Assembly (NCBI GenBank): GCA_032718475.1
Contig: JAUCBJ010004063.1
Span: forward strand, 1 to 64,000
DNA: 64,000 nt
Reading direction: 5' to 3'
DNA from: Nemertoderma westbladi
Lineage: Eukaryota > Animalia > Xenacoelomorpha
The position numbers and the translations under genes are program-made. The notes beneath the pieces are model-generated. The model had not been told where the DNA came from. It did no database searches and saw nothing but the letters and a program-made list of their open reading frames with translations. Positions 12,827 through 25,079 of the stretch are shown piece by piece. Each line of letters opens with the position of its first letter. The stretch's first letter is position 1.

Positions 12827-13800
12827 TATGAAGATAAAATCATTTGCTTCACTAGTCGCTGGTGAAGACCCTTTAACCTATAATAATGTCTTACACAACC
12901 CGGAAAAACGGCATTCAATGTATTAAAATATCTCAATTAGTTAATTTAACTTTATTTTACACTAAGTTTACTTTTTTATTAATCGGTCTAACTAAATCTA
13001 TATAGTTTGTTTGATGTTTTCCATATGTTTGTCTGTCACATTTAATTTTGTAACAGGAGTGAGACTGTCGTGTGTATTGTGTGTGTGGGAGAACTTTCGA
13101 ACAGTGACCCTACTTCCGACAAATAGACATTTTTATGTTACACATGAAACACTAAGTTTTACGTTTCTCTCCTAAGAGTCATGCATAAGCAGGCAGCTCA
13201 TATTAAGTTCGCAGGTTAAGTCACCTCCAAACACTAATTAAGAAAACTTCTAACAACTACCTCGAAATCTACTTATATGCAATTTCGGCAATAAGTAATT
13301 ACAAATTAAATTACAAATTAAATAATATGCAATTACAAACAAATTTAGGTTTTAAAGTTTTTAGTTTTTAAATATATTGCAGTGGGTGCCAATGAGGCAA
13401 ACCACTCAATTTAATTTATTTGCGCTGCACTTGGGTTGTTTTTACGAGTACAGTATTGTTTGTTGTTATAACAACTGAATTAGCATGCGCGCACAGGTGG
13501 TGTGGCTCTTAATTGTTTACATTTTGTACATTATACAGTATATTTTTCTATAATAAATGCTGTTGTTCAAGTAGACCATGGTCTAATTGATATCAAGAAT
13601 AATATTTTTATAATATATTGAGATACAAAAAATTGCTCAAAAAAAGTTACAATATTGATGTAATTTGTATTACTTTTTTAAATGAATCCTATGTCTAAAA
13701 GTACCCCAACCAACTATTGAAATCGTCTAGTGTAGTTCAGGAAACACGTACGTGGAGACTTCACGCAGCACGTAAGTCCAGATGAGCTTTTGCGTAGAGG

Positions 13801-13877
13801 TGGTATGTATGTATATGTGGGTGTATGTATGTATATGTGGGTGTATGTATGTATATGTGGGTGTATGTATGTATGTA
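13801..13877 (+). repeat. 20-bp microsatellite-like repeat (GTATGTATGTATATGTGGGT)n
   Basis: About 4 copies, probably inside a HINE-like repeat. Confidence 0.8.
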
Positions 13878-15130
13878 CTACCAAATTTCATATTAATCTG
13901 ATGGTTGGTTCTATAATTGTATATTACCTCCTCTATCTATTGTCTATAATATAACTGTAAAAGTCTGTCTGTGTGTACAATTTCTAAACTCTTGATATAC
14001 GTGTACACCAAGTTTAGTTCCATTTCATCCATGATTGACGGACTTCTTAGCATTCAAAAATTTACGACGACGCCGACGACGACAGACGTTTCACTAATTA
14101 TACCCCTACGCTAAGGATCACCTGGACTTGCGTGGCTCGCCCCACACAGAAGATTTCAATTGATTTGGTCCATTAGTTCCCCCTGAGGATGAACGGTTTT
14201 ATGTTAAATAAATAAAATATACTAAAAATATTCTGATATAAAATAATGTCCTTCAATTTAAGTTTACAACCTTCCCTCCAATTTTTTAAGTAGGGAGATT
14301 TTTTAAACTAAATTCATAAAATATGGAATCAATACTTGTTGATTTGGGCCTGGCATTTTCAGTTAGTTTTTACGTTTGACGGACAGTCAGACATTGTCTG
14401 ATTGTCAAAAAAAGAAAACACACTAAAATTGTTGCTATTCAGAGTTTCCTGGACGGGCTGAACATGATCAGGGAGATTCCAATTTGAAATCGATATTTAA
14501 TTTTTCAGGAAAGACACATCAATTTTGTTCTAAAAAAGAGGAGTCCTATATTTATATAATATAGTCAACTAATTATCTGTTTTTTATTGTTTTCTGTTAT
14601 TAATTGTTTTTAACATAAAAATGGTACTTTTTCACTAAAATTATTTTTCTTCGAATTTTATTGCTAAAATTATGATTTTTAATCAGTTGGACATAACATT
14701 GATCCGTGTAAAGATGAAGTTGATGAAATTAATGGATGTAAATTCATATTACAGCAACTTAACGGAAATTGCGCGGGTTGATTAAAACGAGATAAACAAA
14801 TTTAATTATAATTAGAATATTATAATTATTCAATTGGTAAAAAAAAATGAACAAGTAGGTTTAGTTATACAGTAGGTGTAAGGTTGTCCTATGCATGTAA
14901 ATTATTCGGAAGGAAGTATTCAACATCTTTCCATTTTTGGTCTATTCCCAAAACTAATAGCTTGCGTGCGGCGCACAGTTCTTAGTATTACAGTGGTGTG
15001 GTTACCCAAGGCCAATCAATAGAAGCTAACGGTCCAGTTAGATATCTGTGGTTATATAAAATAAATATAGTAATATTTTTTATGGTAAATATTATCTTTC
15101 GACTTGTGAGTTTTGTTGTTTATATTTCAG

Positions 15131-15301
15131 CGCGGAAACAGGAAGTGATTCGATCCACTGAACTATTACTGGAGTCTCTATCGAAGGGGGATTGGGATAC
15201 TTACAGTAAACTATGTGACCCCCAACTCTCTGTGTTCGAACCCGCTACCTGTGGGAACTTAGTTGAAGGCATGGATTATATTAAGTTCTATTTCGACAAT
15301 A
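15131..15301 (+). CDS. CAMK2: CaMKII association (hub) domain exon
   Basis: [57 protein letters not shown] aligns with CaMKII ARKQEIIK...[21 protein letters not shown]. Acceptor tttcAG, donor GTGAGT, phase 1-1. Confidence 0.96.
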
Positions 15302-16011
15302 GTGAGTAGTTTATCCAAATACTCAATAAATAAATACTTAATTTAATACTTAGTAAATAAGTTATTTAATTCTTTGTAAATAAATCCTTTATTTAATCCA
15401 TTCACACACTCGAAAGTTATTTCAACTTTAGTGTTAACAAAACGGAAATCAATATCCAATATGGTTTTATGTTGCTAAGCGGCTCTCTAGTTATGTAATA
15501 AATATTCGAGAACACTAAATTATTTAACATTGAGTAAGGCAGCATCAGGAGTTGAAGAGTACGATAATGAATCGCAGTAACTATGGAAGCAATAATAGTA
15601 AATTCTAGAGTAAATTTATTTTGTAACACTATATCGCTCTATCTTATATTAAAGAAAAACAAACCAGCACGAATTTAAGAATACAATTACATATTACAAG
15701 GGGAAAATACGTAGAACATTTTTTTTCAATATTCTCTCGACCCTTTATTAACCTCGATGGCGCTCGGTAAGTAAAATGCTTCGAGAATAGTGAAAAAAGT
15801 TTACTTTTTCCCATGTAATAAGTAATTTTGTATTTATTTCTAAATAACTTATTAACTAACTAACTATAAACTAATAACTATAAATTAATTTACTATTTGT
15901 AAATACTTTATTTATTACCTAATAAATACTTGATGTAATAATCTAGTGTATTTAAAACTTTAATTAATACTTGTATCTCCTTTATTTAATCGCCTATTTG
16001 ATTTTTCTCAG

Positions 16012-16123
16012 TGAACACACGCAGCAAACCGTTGAACGTTACCATACTGAAACCCCACGTCCACATACTAGGGGAGGACGCTGCGGTCATAGCCTACGTA
16101 AAACTCGCACAGTATATAGACAA
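16012..16123 (+). CDS. CAMK2: CaMKII hub domain exon
   Basis: (M)[36 protein letters not shown] matches [24 protein letters not shown]. Acceptor tttttctcAG, donor GTTAGT, phase 1-2. Confidence 0.96.
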
Positions 16124-16804
16124 GTTAGTATTTATAAATTATTAAATAAAAGCATAAATTTGAGTAGGAAAACTAACACAACAAATTATTTGCACGCCAA
16201 AAGCATTCCGATAGATTCAATGACCAAAATAAATAATTTTATATAATTCAAATTTTTTTTAATGAAGCGAAAATAACAGTAATTGTTGTCGATACCACAT
16301 TTAATACATAAAGCTACCCACCGCACTCCCGTGCAATGTGAAAGTAAATACCGTAATTCGCATTTTTCCCAAATTTACTTTTACACTTTTTCTATCTAAT
16401 GGTATAAACGAGAACACCGTATCTACTCTAGTTCCCGAGATATTCAATGTAAAAAGGCCATAAGTAACAACATAATAGTGTTCAAAAGGAAAAAGTCCGT
16501 GAGTGCTTAAATTTACGCAAAAAAAACCGTCAACATTCATCAATACTTACTTACTAAAAGTCAACAAGACTTAAACGGTTTTTTGTTATTGCATATATTA
16601 TTAATAGATATAAGAAAACGCACAACGGTTTTATTGGAATTTGTATCTTTTGACTTAAAAGGTTTTTTACTATTAGAAGAAAAGGCGCGAAATTCAAAAT
16701 TGAAATTTCACCAAGTGACTTGCGTTGTTTTGACATCACATGGGTGTCTGCTGTCTGCTATGGAAAAACTTGCCGACTAGTGGATAGACATTGTAATTGC
16801 ATTA

Positions 16805-17911
16805 GGCCCATTCTCACCAAAATTGGCCAAAACGGGTGTAAACTTTTCCAAAAAATTTTTTCTCCAGAATATAATAAACCAATATATTTTCTGAAAGCTC
16901 TTGATGTCAGGAATTTCATGGGGACCATAGTCAAACACTTTTGCGCCGTTTAAAAAATTTATTTGGCATTTAAAACGAGTCCGCCCTGTAATGATTTGTC
17001 CGGCCTGTAATGCTTTAACATTTCTTGGTAAATGTTTAATAATCCCCGCCTATAATTATATTTTGAATAATGAAAGATAAACTTTTATTATATTAAACAT
17101 ATATATTACATAGTGAACGTGATCCCAGAGCCTCCCAGAGCCATACATTACCAGGGGCGGACACCATTACATTGCCATTACAGTGATTGATCATTGTCTG
17201 TAGATAATTTGCAGTGTGGCTATAACCTACATATTTCATACACCCCTTGAAAGCGCCTTGAAATACGAATCTGGCAGTATTTTTACTAGCTCTTATCTGT
17301 GATTTATCACTTTCAAATAGGCAATGTGTGACCATTACAGGGGCCGGACAAATTGATTGTTACATTAATATTGGTCAACTTAGAAAATTAAGCAAATGCG
17401 ATGAAATTTTAACATGGTCATCCCGAGAAAATTTGCTTTCAAATGAATATTAACTTTTAGGATTGATTGCTCTTAAAAAGTTGAAATGAAATGAGCACCA
17501 TTACAGGGTCGGACATAAAAATCAGAAAAGTGTCGGACACGATGATAAATGCAGCTGTACGACACCAACTACATTGTACGTATACAAATACAGCTGAAAA
17601 CGAATATCCATTTACCCGGCTTTCTAACGGTATTTTGGTTTACTGGATATGACCTTGGGTTGGAATTTTATAACAGTTTGTTCTACTAGCACTTTGGACC
17701 TGGGACATGTGAAAATGCCATTTTGACCATGTTTTTGGCCATATTATGTTCTGCTACGGGAAGACATATGTTTGAGCTGAAATTAACTGTTCAAAATCTA
17801 CGCTTCAGCAGCTTTCTTTGAAGCCATCAACCACTTTCTAGAACCGCCATAAACGCAATAAATATTATGGCTTCAGGACACCCGTTTGGCCAATTTTGGT
17901 GAGAATGGCCC
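16805..17911. mobile_element. 1.1-kb non-autonomous TIR element with 4-bp TSD (possibly Sola-like)
   Basis: About 34-bp TIR GGCCCATTCTCACCAAAATTGGCCAAAACGGGTGT / ACACCCGTTTGGCCAATTTTGGTGAGAATGGCCC, flanked by ATTA on both sides. Superfamily is inferred only from TSD length. Confidence 0.8.
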
Positions 17912-18019
17912 ATTAATGTAAACCCTAAGTAAATGTGACTATATTTTAATTTTTAATGCCGCCACACATTTGAATTGTAGGTACCGGTACCACAGACTCG
18001 ATGTGTATTATGGCGCGAA

Positions 18020-19092
18020 ATTGGCTGCACCAGCAGTGTACCAAAACCTGCCTGTGTTCGCGAATTTGGCTGCACCAGCAGTGTACCAAAACCTGCCTGT
18101 GTTCGCGAATAGGCTGCACCAGCAGTGTACCAAAACCTGCCTGTGTTCGCGAATTTGGCTGCACCAGAGTGTACCAAAATATGCCTGTATTCGCGAATTT
18201 GGCTGCACCAGCAGTGTACCAAAACCTGCCTGTGTTCGCGTATTTGGCTGCACCAGCAGTGTACCAAAACCTGCCTGTGTTCGCGAATAGTCTGCACCAG
18301 CAGTGTACCAAAACCTGCCTGTGTTCGCGAATTTGGCTGCACCAGAGTGTACCAAAATATGCCTGTATTCGCGAATTTGGCTGCACCAGCAGTGTACCAA
18401 AACCTGCCTGTGTTCGCGAATAGGCTGCACCAGCAGTGTACCAAAACCTGCCTGTGTTCGCGAATTTGGCTGCACCAGAGTGTACCAAAATATGCCTGTA
18501 TTCGCGAATTTGGCTGCACCAGCAGTGTACCAAAACCTGCCTGTGTTCGCGTATTTGGCTGCACCAGCAGTGTACCAAAACCTGCCTGTGTTCGCGAATA
18601 GTCTGCACCAGCAGTGTACCAAAACCTGCCTGTGTTCGCGAATAGTCTGCACCAGCAGTGTACCAAAACCTGCCTGTGTTCGCGAATTTGGCTGCACCAG
18701 AGTGTACCAAAATATGCCTGTATTCGCGAATTTGGCTGCACCAGCAGTGTACCAAAACCAGCCTGTGTTCGCGTATTTGGCTGCACCAGCAGTGTACCAA
18801 AACCTGCCTGTGTTCGCGAATTTGGCTGCACCAGCAGTGTACCAAAACCTGCCTGTGTTCGCGAATTTGGCTGCACCAGCAGTGTACCAAAACCTGCCTG
18901 TGTTCGCGAATTTGGCTGCACCAGCAGTGTACCAAAACCTGCCTGTGTTCGCGAATTTGGCTGCACCAGCAGTGTACCAAAACCTGCCTGTGTTCGCGTA
19001 TTTGGCTGCACCAGCAGTGTACCAAAACCTGCCTGTGTTCGCGAATTTGGCTGCACCAGCAGTGTACCAAAACCTGCCTGTGTTCGCGAATT
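18020..19092 (+). repeat. 45-bp tandem array (43-45 bp variants, about 24 copies) with higher-order period
   Basis: Unit TTTGGCTGCACCAGCAGTGTACCAAAACCTGCCTGTGTTCGCGAA. Variant units recur in blocks. Confidence 0.96.
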
Positions 19093-20092
19093 TTCATTTG
19101 CGATATCGTTTTTAGTTTTCGAATTATCACTGTCTCTCCATGTCTGCGGGTCTGATCGTTGAAATGTAAGTTAGACAGACAGCCAGAGCCAGACCAATAT
19201 ACAGACAGACTATAAAACAGAACATAAAAATTGGCATTATAAATTAAATCACGGACCTCAAAAACCACCAATGGAAATGTTAGCTCCTTCATAGATTATT
19301 ATTACCTATACCAACATTATTACCAAGCAGACCCCAGACGGACAGTTTTCAGCTGGAAGATATAAAATTTGAAGGCAATTTTCTCGGAATTTATTTTTTT
19401 CACCCAATTAAAAATACTGCTCATGCCATTTCCTAACCGATTTTTTTTGTAATTTTCACTTTTTCAGAAGCTTCGGTAAATTTCTGGCAGTTTTTTCATT
19501 TCAGAAGATTTTATAATATTTCGTGATAAATTTACAAATTAAAAACCACAGGGGGGGTTGCCATCCCCCCCCCCCCCCCCCCCCCCTGATTAATGCATTA
19601 ACTTACTTCGAATGTATTTACATACAGGTTGTACAATGCAAAAACACCGTAAGTACAGAAAACAACAAGTCAAATTATTAATGGAAAGTGAAAAATAATC
19701 ATGTAGAAAAATTCCCCACCCCGATTTTAGGGTTATAAAAAAATTTAATTCGCGGACATTTTAAAATCACCAATCTGAATCAACGAACTAATGCACACAG
19801 TAATTTTTTGAATTACTGCTGTCTTTTCACATTGCACGGCAGCGCTGTAACACAACTGATCCTGATTGAAAGGTAAAGTAATTACAGAGGAACAGATGGG
19901 CTATAATAACAGAAAACTGAACAAACCAATTTTTATAGTTTGAAACATTATTAATTTTACTAAACAATCCTTTATTAGTATATCGTCTATTTTCCTATAA
20001 TTGGTTCATCAATTATTAAGGACATTGAAGATTGAAAACGAGACGTGAAAGTCAGTTTTAATTTCCATTTTAATACGACTTTGTGATTACAG

Positions 20093-20207
20093 AGATGGAT
20101 TGCCGATGACAAAGCAGACAGAGGAGACGAGAGTGTGGCAGAGGAAAGACGGTAAATGGCTCCTTCTACACTTCCATAAATCAGCCAGTTCAGTATCCAA
20201 GTTCTAG
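20093..20207 (+). CDS. CAMK2: CaMKII terminal coding exon with stop
   Basis: (K)[37 protein letters not shown] matches [23 protein letters not shown]. Acceptor gattacAG, phase 2, TAG at 20205-20207. Confidence 0.96.
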
Positions 20208-21004
20208 AATAGACATCTAGAACCTTTAAATCCCCCTGGAGTAGCTAACTCAACGATTACTATGGTTACGGTCGTGTAACTAGGACTTATCTGCACGACA
20301 GCTGTTGGATGTGAAGGTTTTTCTGTTCCCCTACTGAGAGTGTCTAACTTTCTTCCACTACTGACTCACTCACTACTTTACTGGCATTCAAGATATCATC
20401 CAACCGTGTTGTTTAACACACGCCATTTTATCACACCGTTTATCGCATTTATTATTTTTCCCACTATTGTTTCTGTTATAAACCGGTTGTTCAGCTGTTA
20501 CTTACTTTGGATACGGTGCTGTTAACACTTCCGCGAACTATGTTCAATAGATCCGCGGTACGTTACAATTGTTTCTGCTCTCCACTTTGTTACTTACCGG
20601 TTTCAATGTGTGTATTTCTTTCGATGCAATTATCATTTTTCGTACTGTGTTGTTTTTTTGGTTATCGTTTTGCTCAATATTTATTAATGGTGCATCTTCC
20701 TTTACTTTTGAGTGTTTATTATTTTTTCTATCACTTTTACCCCCTTTTATTATGTTTCTCTCATATCATGTAATACATTATGTACTCTAGTTCTATAAAT
20801 TGCTGCAAATTTTTTCTGATACGTAAACTTTTCTTCTTTTGCTACATTATTCTAATCGCTGCCTTTTGTGGCCGTTTATTTAAAGCATATCGCTCCGCTC
20901 GGTGTCGCTATATTTTTGACGCCGTGAAAATTAATTATTACGTTTATTAAATTTATCGTTATTGTATTGATATTTATAAAGAATGATTAATCGTTTATAA
21001 AGTC

Positions 21005-21433
21005 TAGTGTTTAAACGGGATCCCGATCCCGAAAAACCGGGATCCCGACAAAAAATGCAATCCCGGCCGCGGTCCCGGTCCCGATCCCGATCCCGACGTT
21101 TTTTGTACCGGGTTCCCGGAAGTATAAATAAAATAGTTAAGTAAATTTGGTGATTATCTAATAAATAGATCCAGCAGAACGGAAATGTTTTGATTATAAA
21201 TAATTTTTATTTCAGTAAACCATCCAGTAATTAATTGCAAAATAATTTTATTATAACTTTATCTTACTAATATTTCAGAAGTGTAAGATAAAGTGATTGT
21301 TACCCAGAACCCGCCACATACACTAATAACAATTAAGGAATTTAATCCCGATCCCGAAAAACGGGATCCCGCGAGTGATAATCGCGGTCCCGATCCCGGA
21401 AATCCCGAATAGTCTGATCCCGTATAAACACTA
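21005..21433. mobile_element. hAT-like MITE inserted in the first unit of a 21-bp satellite
   Basis: TIR TAGTGTTTAAACGGGATC / GATCCCGTATAAACACTA with subterminal ATCCCG repeats. A diverged second copy lies near 44370-44772. TSD imperfect. Confidence 0.8.
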
Positions 21434-22230
21434 TTATAAACTATGGTTAATAGGTTATAAACTATGGTTAATCGATTATAAAATATGGTTAATCGTTTAT
21501 AAACAATGGTTAATCGTTTATAAACTATGGTTAATCGTTTATAAACTATGGTTAATCGTTTATAAACTATGGTTAATCGTTTATAAACTATGGTTAATCG
21601 TTTATAAACTATGGTTAATCTTTTATAAACTATGGTTAATCGTTTATAAACTATGGTTAATCGTTTATAAACTATGGTTAATCGTTTATAAACTATGGTT
21701 AATCGTTTATAAACTATGGTTAATCGTTTATAAACTATGGTTAATCGTTTATAAACTATGGTTAATCGTTTATAAACTATGGTTAATCGTTTATAAACTA
21801 TGGTTAATCGTTTATAAACTATGGTTAATCGTTTATAAACTATGATTAATCGTTTATAAACTATGGTTAATCGTTTATAAACTATGGTTAATCGTTTATA
21901 AACTATGGTTAATCGTTTATAAACTATGGTTAATCGTTTATAAACTATGGTTAATCGTTTATAAACTATGGTTAATCGTTTATAAACTATGGTTAATCGT
22001 TTATAAACTATGGTTAATCTTTTATAAACTATGGTTAATCGTTTATAAACTATGGTTAATCGTTTATAAACTATGGTTAATCGTTTATAAACTATGGTTA
22101 ATCGTTTATAAACTATGGTTAATCGTTTATAAACTATGGTTAATCGTTTATAAACTATGGTTAATCGTTTATAAACTATGGTTAATCGTTTATAAACTAT
22201 GGTTAATCGTTTATAAACTATGGTTAATTT
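21434..22230 (+). repeat. 21-bp tandem array, about 38 copies
   Basis: Unit TTTATAAACTATGGTTAATCG containing the palindrome GTTTATAAAC. Confidence 0.97.
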
Positions 22231-24063
22231 TTTATTAAGTATGGTTTAATTACTTTAATTGTTTATGGTTTAATCAAGTGTTTTTTTAATAATTCTGCCA
22301 CCGAAATAAAGTTATTTATTCCACCTTATTAGAATCAAATGGCGCCTATATTAAATTTGAAATGTTCCACTTCCTCATTGAATATTGAATCCATTTGATG
22401 CCATGCTGCAGGATAATATATTAAATTTTGTGCAGTTTTGGACTTTGTGCTAATATGCCTAGCCCTGATTCAGCCTAACCCCAACGAATACACCTGGAAC
22501 TCAAACCTAACGATAATCTTATAAGTTTTTAATTATTTTTAATGTAAGTTAATTTCATTTCTACTGTAATTTTATCTCCAGATAATTATTAAGTATTCTG
22601 GCTTCTCTTAGGTATCATGCAGACAGGTGCATGATACCGTGATATGGTGCATGGTACAGACCGAGAGACGTGCGTCAGTGCGTGCATACGTAGGCCACTG
22701 CGTACTCCAACTTCATAAAGCAAGCTAATTGGGACCGAATTGTTACCCACAGTGTTTGATGTCTGTGGCGGTTGTTGTTATGGAAACCGGAATAGGCCTA
22801 AACAAAAGCAAAAAACGTTAAAATGATCCTACCTTTTATTATTTTAATCTACTTACACTGGTTGTAATTAATTGTTTTCACTTCTATTTGGGTTACTCGT
22901 AGTATGGAAAATCCGTGCTATTTAATTATTAGCCTTTTTGAATTTAGAAATACTTCTAATGATTATTATTAGATATATAAGTTCCGTCCGCTTATTTTAA
23001 TTTAATGGAACAGGAAAGAAATTGGTTGACATTAGTTAAGTTATTCTCATTAAAATCGTAATATTAATTATAATTTTTGTTATCAAGCCAGTAGGAAAAA
23101 CTTTACCTGTGGTTATGGAAAAATCTACAAATAACAACTGCAGACCAGATGTTGCATGCAAACTCAAATCAGCTGAGGGCAGTCAACTGATCGACAAGTT
23201 ATGCCCCAGATGGAGGCTTTATCAAGAGGCTAAGATCGTCTGAATAATACATTAGTCCCCAGTGGTATACGAAACAGCTACCATGATAAAGAGTACCGGT
23301 AGTATAGAGGAACAAGTATTGAGAAGCAGCACCGAAAACTTTCGCCAATTAGGTTTCTGTTTGTCGAAAACGGGCCGGTGCGTACGAATATAACAATTTC
23401 AAACCTTTGTAGAACATATTGAGATTACTTTAAAAGGTTTCAACAACACACGTTAGTCAGTCATGTTCTCACCGCTGTGTATATGGTTGTCCCGACCTGC
23501 CATCTTCTTTTGCCCAGCCCCATTATCAGTTACCTTGGTTACTGCTTCCCGTGCTGCAAGCAATAAAATAAATATTTATAATATTCACACGCAATATTAC
23601 CAACAAGCCGAAACGCGCGTGTCACAAGTTTGCGTTGCTGCTTCCCTCTCAGTGACTCAAACTCATCTCTTAATGAAACTTGTTTCTTCTCCCTTTGGAA
23701 CTCATATATTCGTACTGATGCTCTTTAGCAGTTAGTTTCTTAATAACGCCCTATATGGAGCGAGATTCACCGAACAGCTGTCTGTATTGAAGCAGCCCAC
23801 CGTGGCGCTTTACATACCTACCGTTAATGTTTTTGCTTCTTGGTAACAATTTTATAAATTAAATAATTTAACTATAATTTAACTCCGCTTTATTTACTAT
23901 TACAATTTTCTCATATAGTTCTCAACAGTTAATTAACATTTCGTTAATTTATTTATACGTGGACAATTTATATTAATATCAATTGTTTAATTATATTTTA
24001 TTTGATACTAATGTTATAGCTACTACGTATTATCAGGTACTGAAATAATTTTATTTAATTACT

Positions 24064-24246
24064 TCAGGAAGCTGATAGTTTGCTTTCCCAACTTCCTAAT
24101 GAGTGAGTCCGTCTTAATTTCGCTTTCATTAAATTGCTACAACCGTTTGAAACATTATGTCCCCCGTTTATTACCAATATTACATCAGTCGCACCGCTGC
24201 TATGCATATCCTTTTGATTGAAAGTGGCTTTACAAGGATTCTGTAC
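24064..24246 (-). other. Candidate terminal exon of an unrecognised minus-strand transcript
   Basis: Acceptor gtttttacAG. Only phase 0 is open (VQNPCKATF...ESKLSAS*), which fits the candidate exon at 32084-32151. No recognised homology. Confidence 0.3.
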
Positions 24247-25079
24247 CTGTAAAAACATCTCAATTTCGTTAAGAATTATCTGAGATATGAGCTTTCGAAA
24301 TTTGCATGTTTTGCACTACTCTACTCATATTAATTATCAAATTACTATTTCCCGAGCGATATTAAAATGTTTTTACAGATTTAGAATTAATTATAACCAG
24401 CTAGCTTTCAATAGGTCCACCAATTAATATGGCTAAATAAACATGCTGCAGTCCGATAGTTGCAATTCTGGTAATTTATGGAGGAGACAATTATTTTTCC
24501 AAACAGTTGTAGCAATATAATTAAATAACAAATAACAATAACCTTTACTTAATGAATATTCGGGAAGACAAACTGTGTCAGTTTCAATTATAATTCGACG
24601 CGATTATTAAGATTTCTAGAAATATTTGAGGCCAGTGAGTTTATAATATGTTTTATCGTGTTCGATGAGCGGTTAATATTCTTTCTATATCTAGTACCTC
24701 TTTAAGAATTAGGACGGAATTAAACCGAATAAATAGGATTGTTATCCTTTAACAAAAATATATCATATCCTAATAGTTAATTTACGTGTTTAAGTGTTCA
24801 GTGAATTTTCCAGAATAATAATGAATCTTATCTCTAGAAGTTGCTCAACAACTACCAAAGATTCATCCATATCAATATCAAACTCAGTTATGTTTCTATA
24901 AATTTACAATTTAACGTCGCATGGCACTTCCTATTTTGTCTGGATTAACTCTTAAGCGTCAATTTATATTTTACATAACTTCTGTTATCAATTATTTTAC
25001 AATTTCACAGCGATTGTTTATTGTAATATTATATAGCTATGTTACTATTCAGATTTTTGGTACTTTCGTTTTCGCATTT

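Noticed and set aside
823-19092. CRISPR-like appearance of the 29-45 bp palindromic repeats
   Set aside because: Units are head-to-tail with no unique spacers, there are no cas genes, and the context is eukaryotic introns.
20208-21000. CPE-like U-rich elements in the CaMKII 3' UTR
   Set aside because: TTTTAT-type motifs are expected by chance at this AT content, and the UTR end is undefined.
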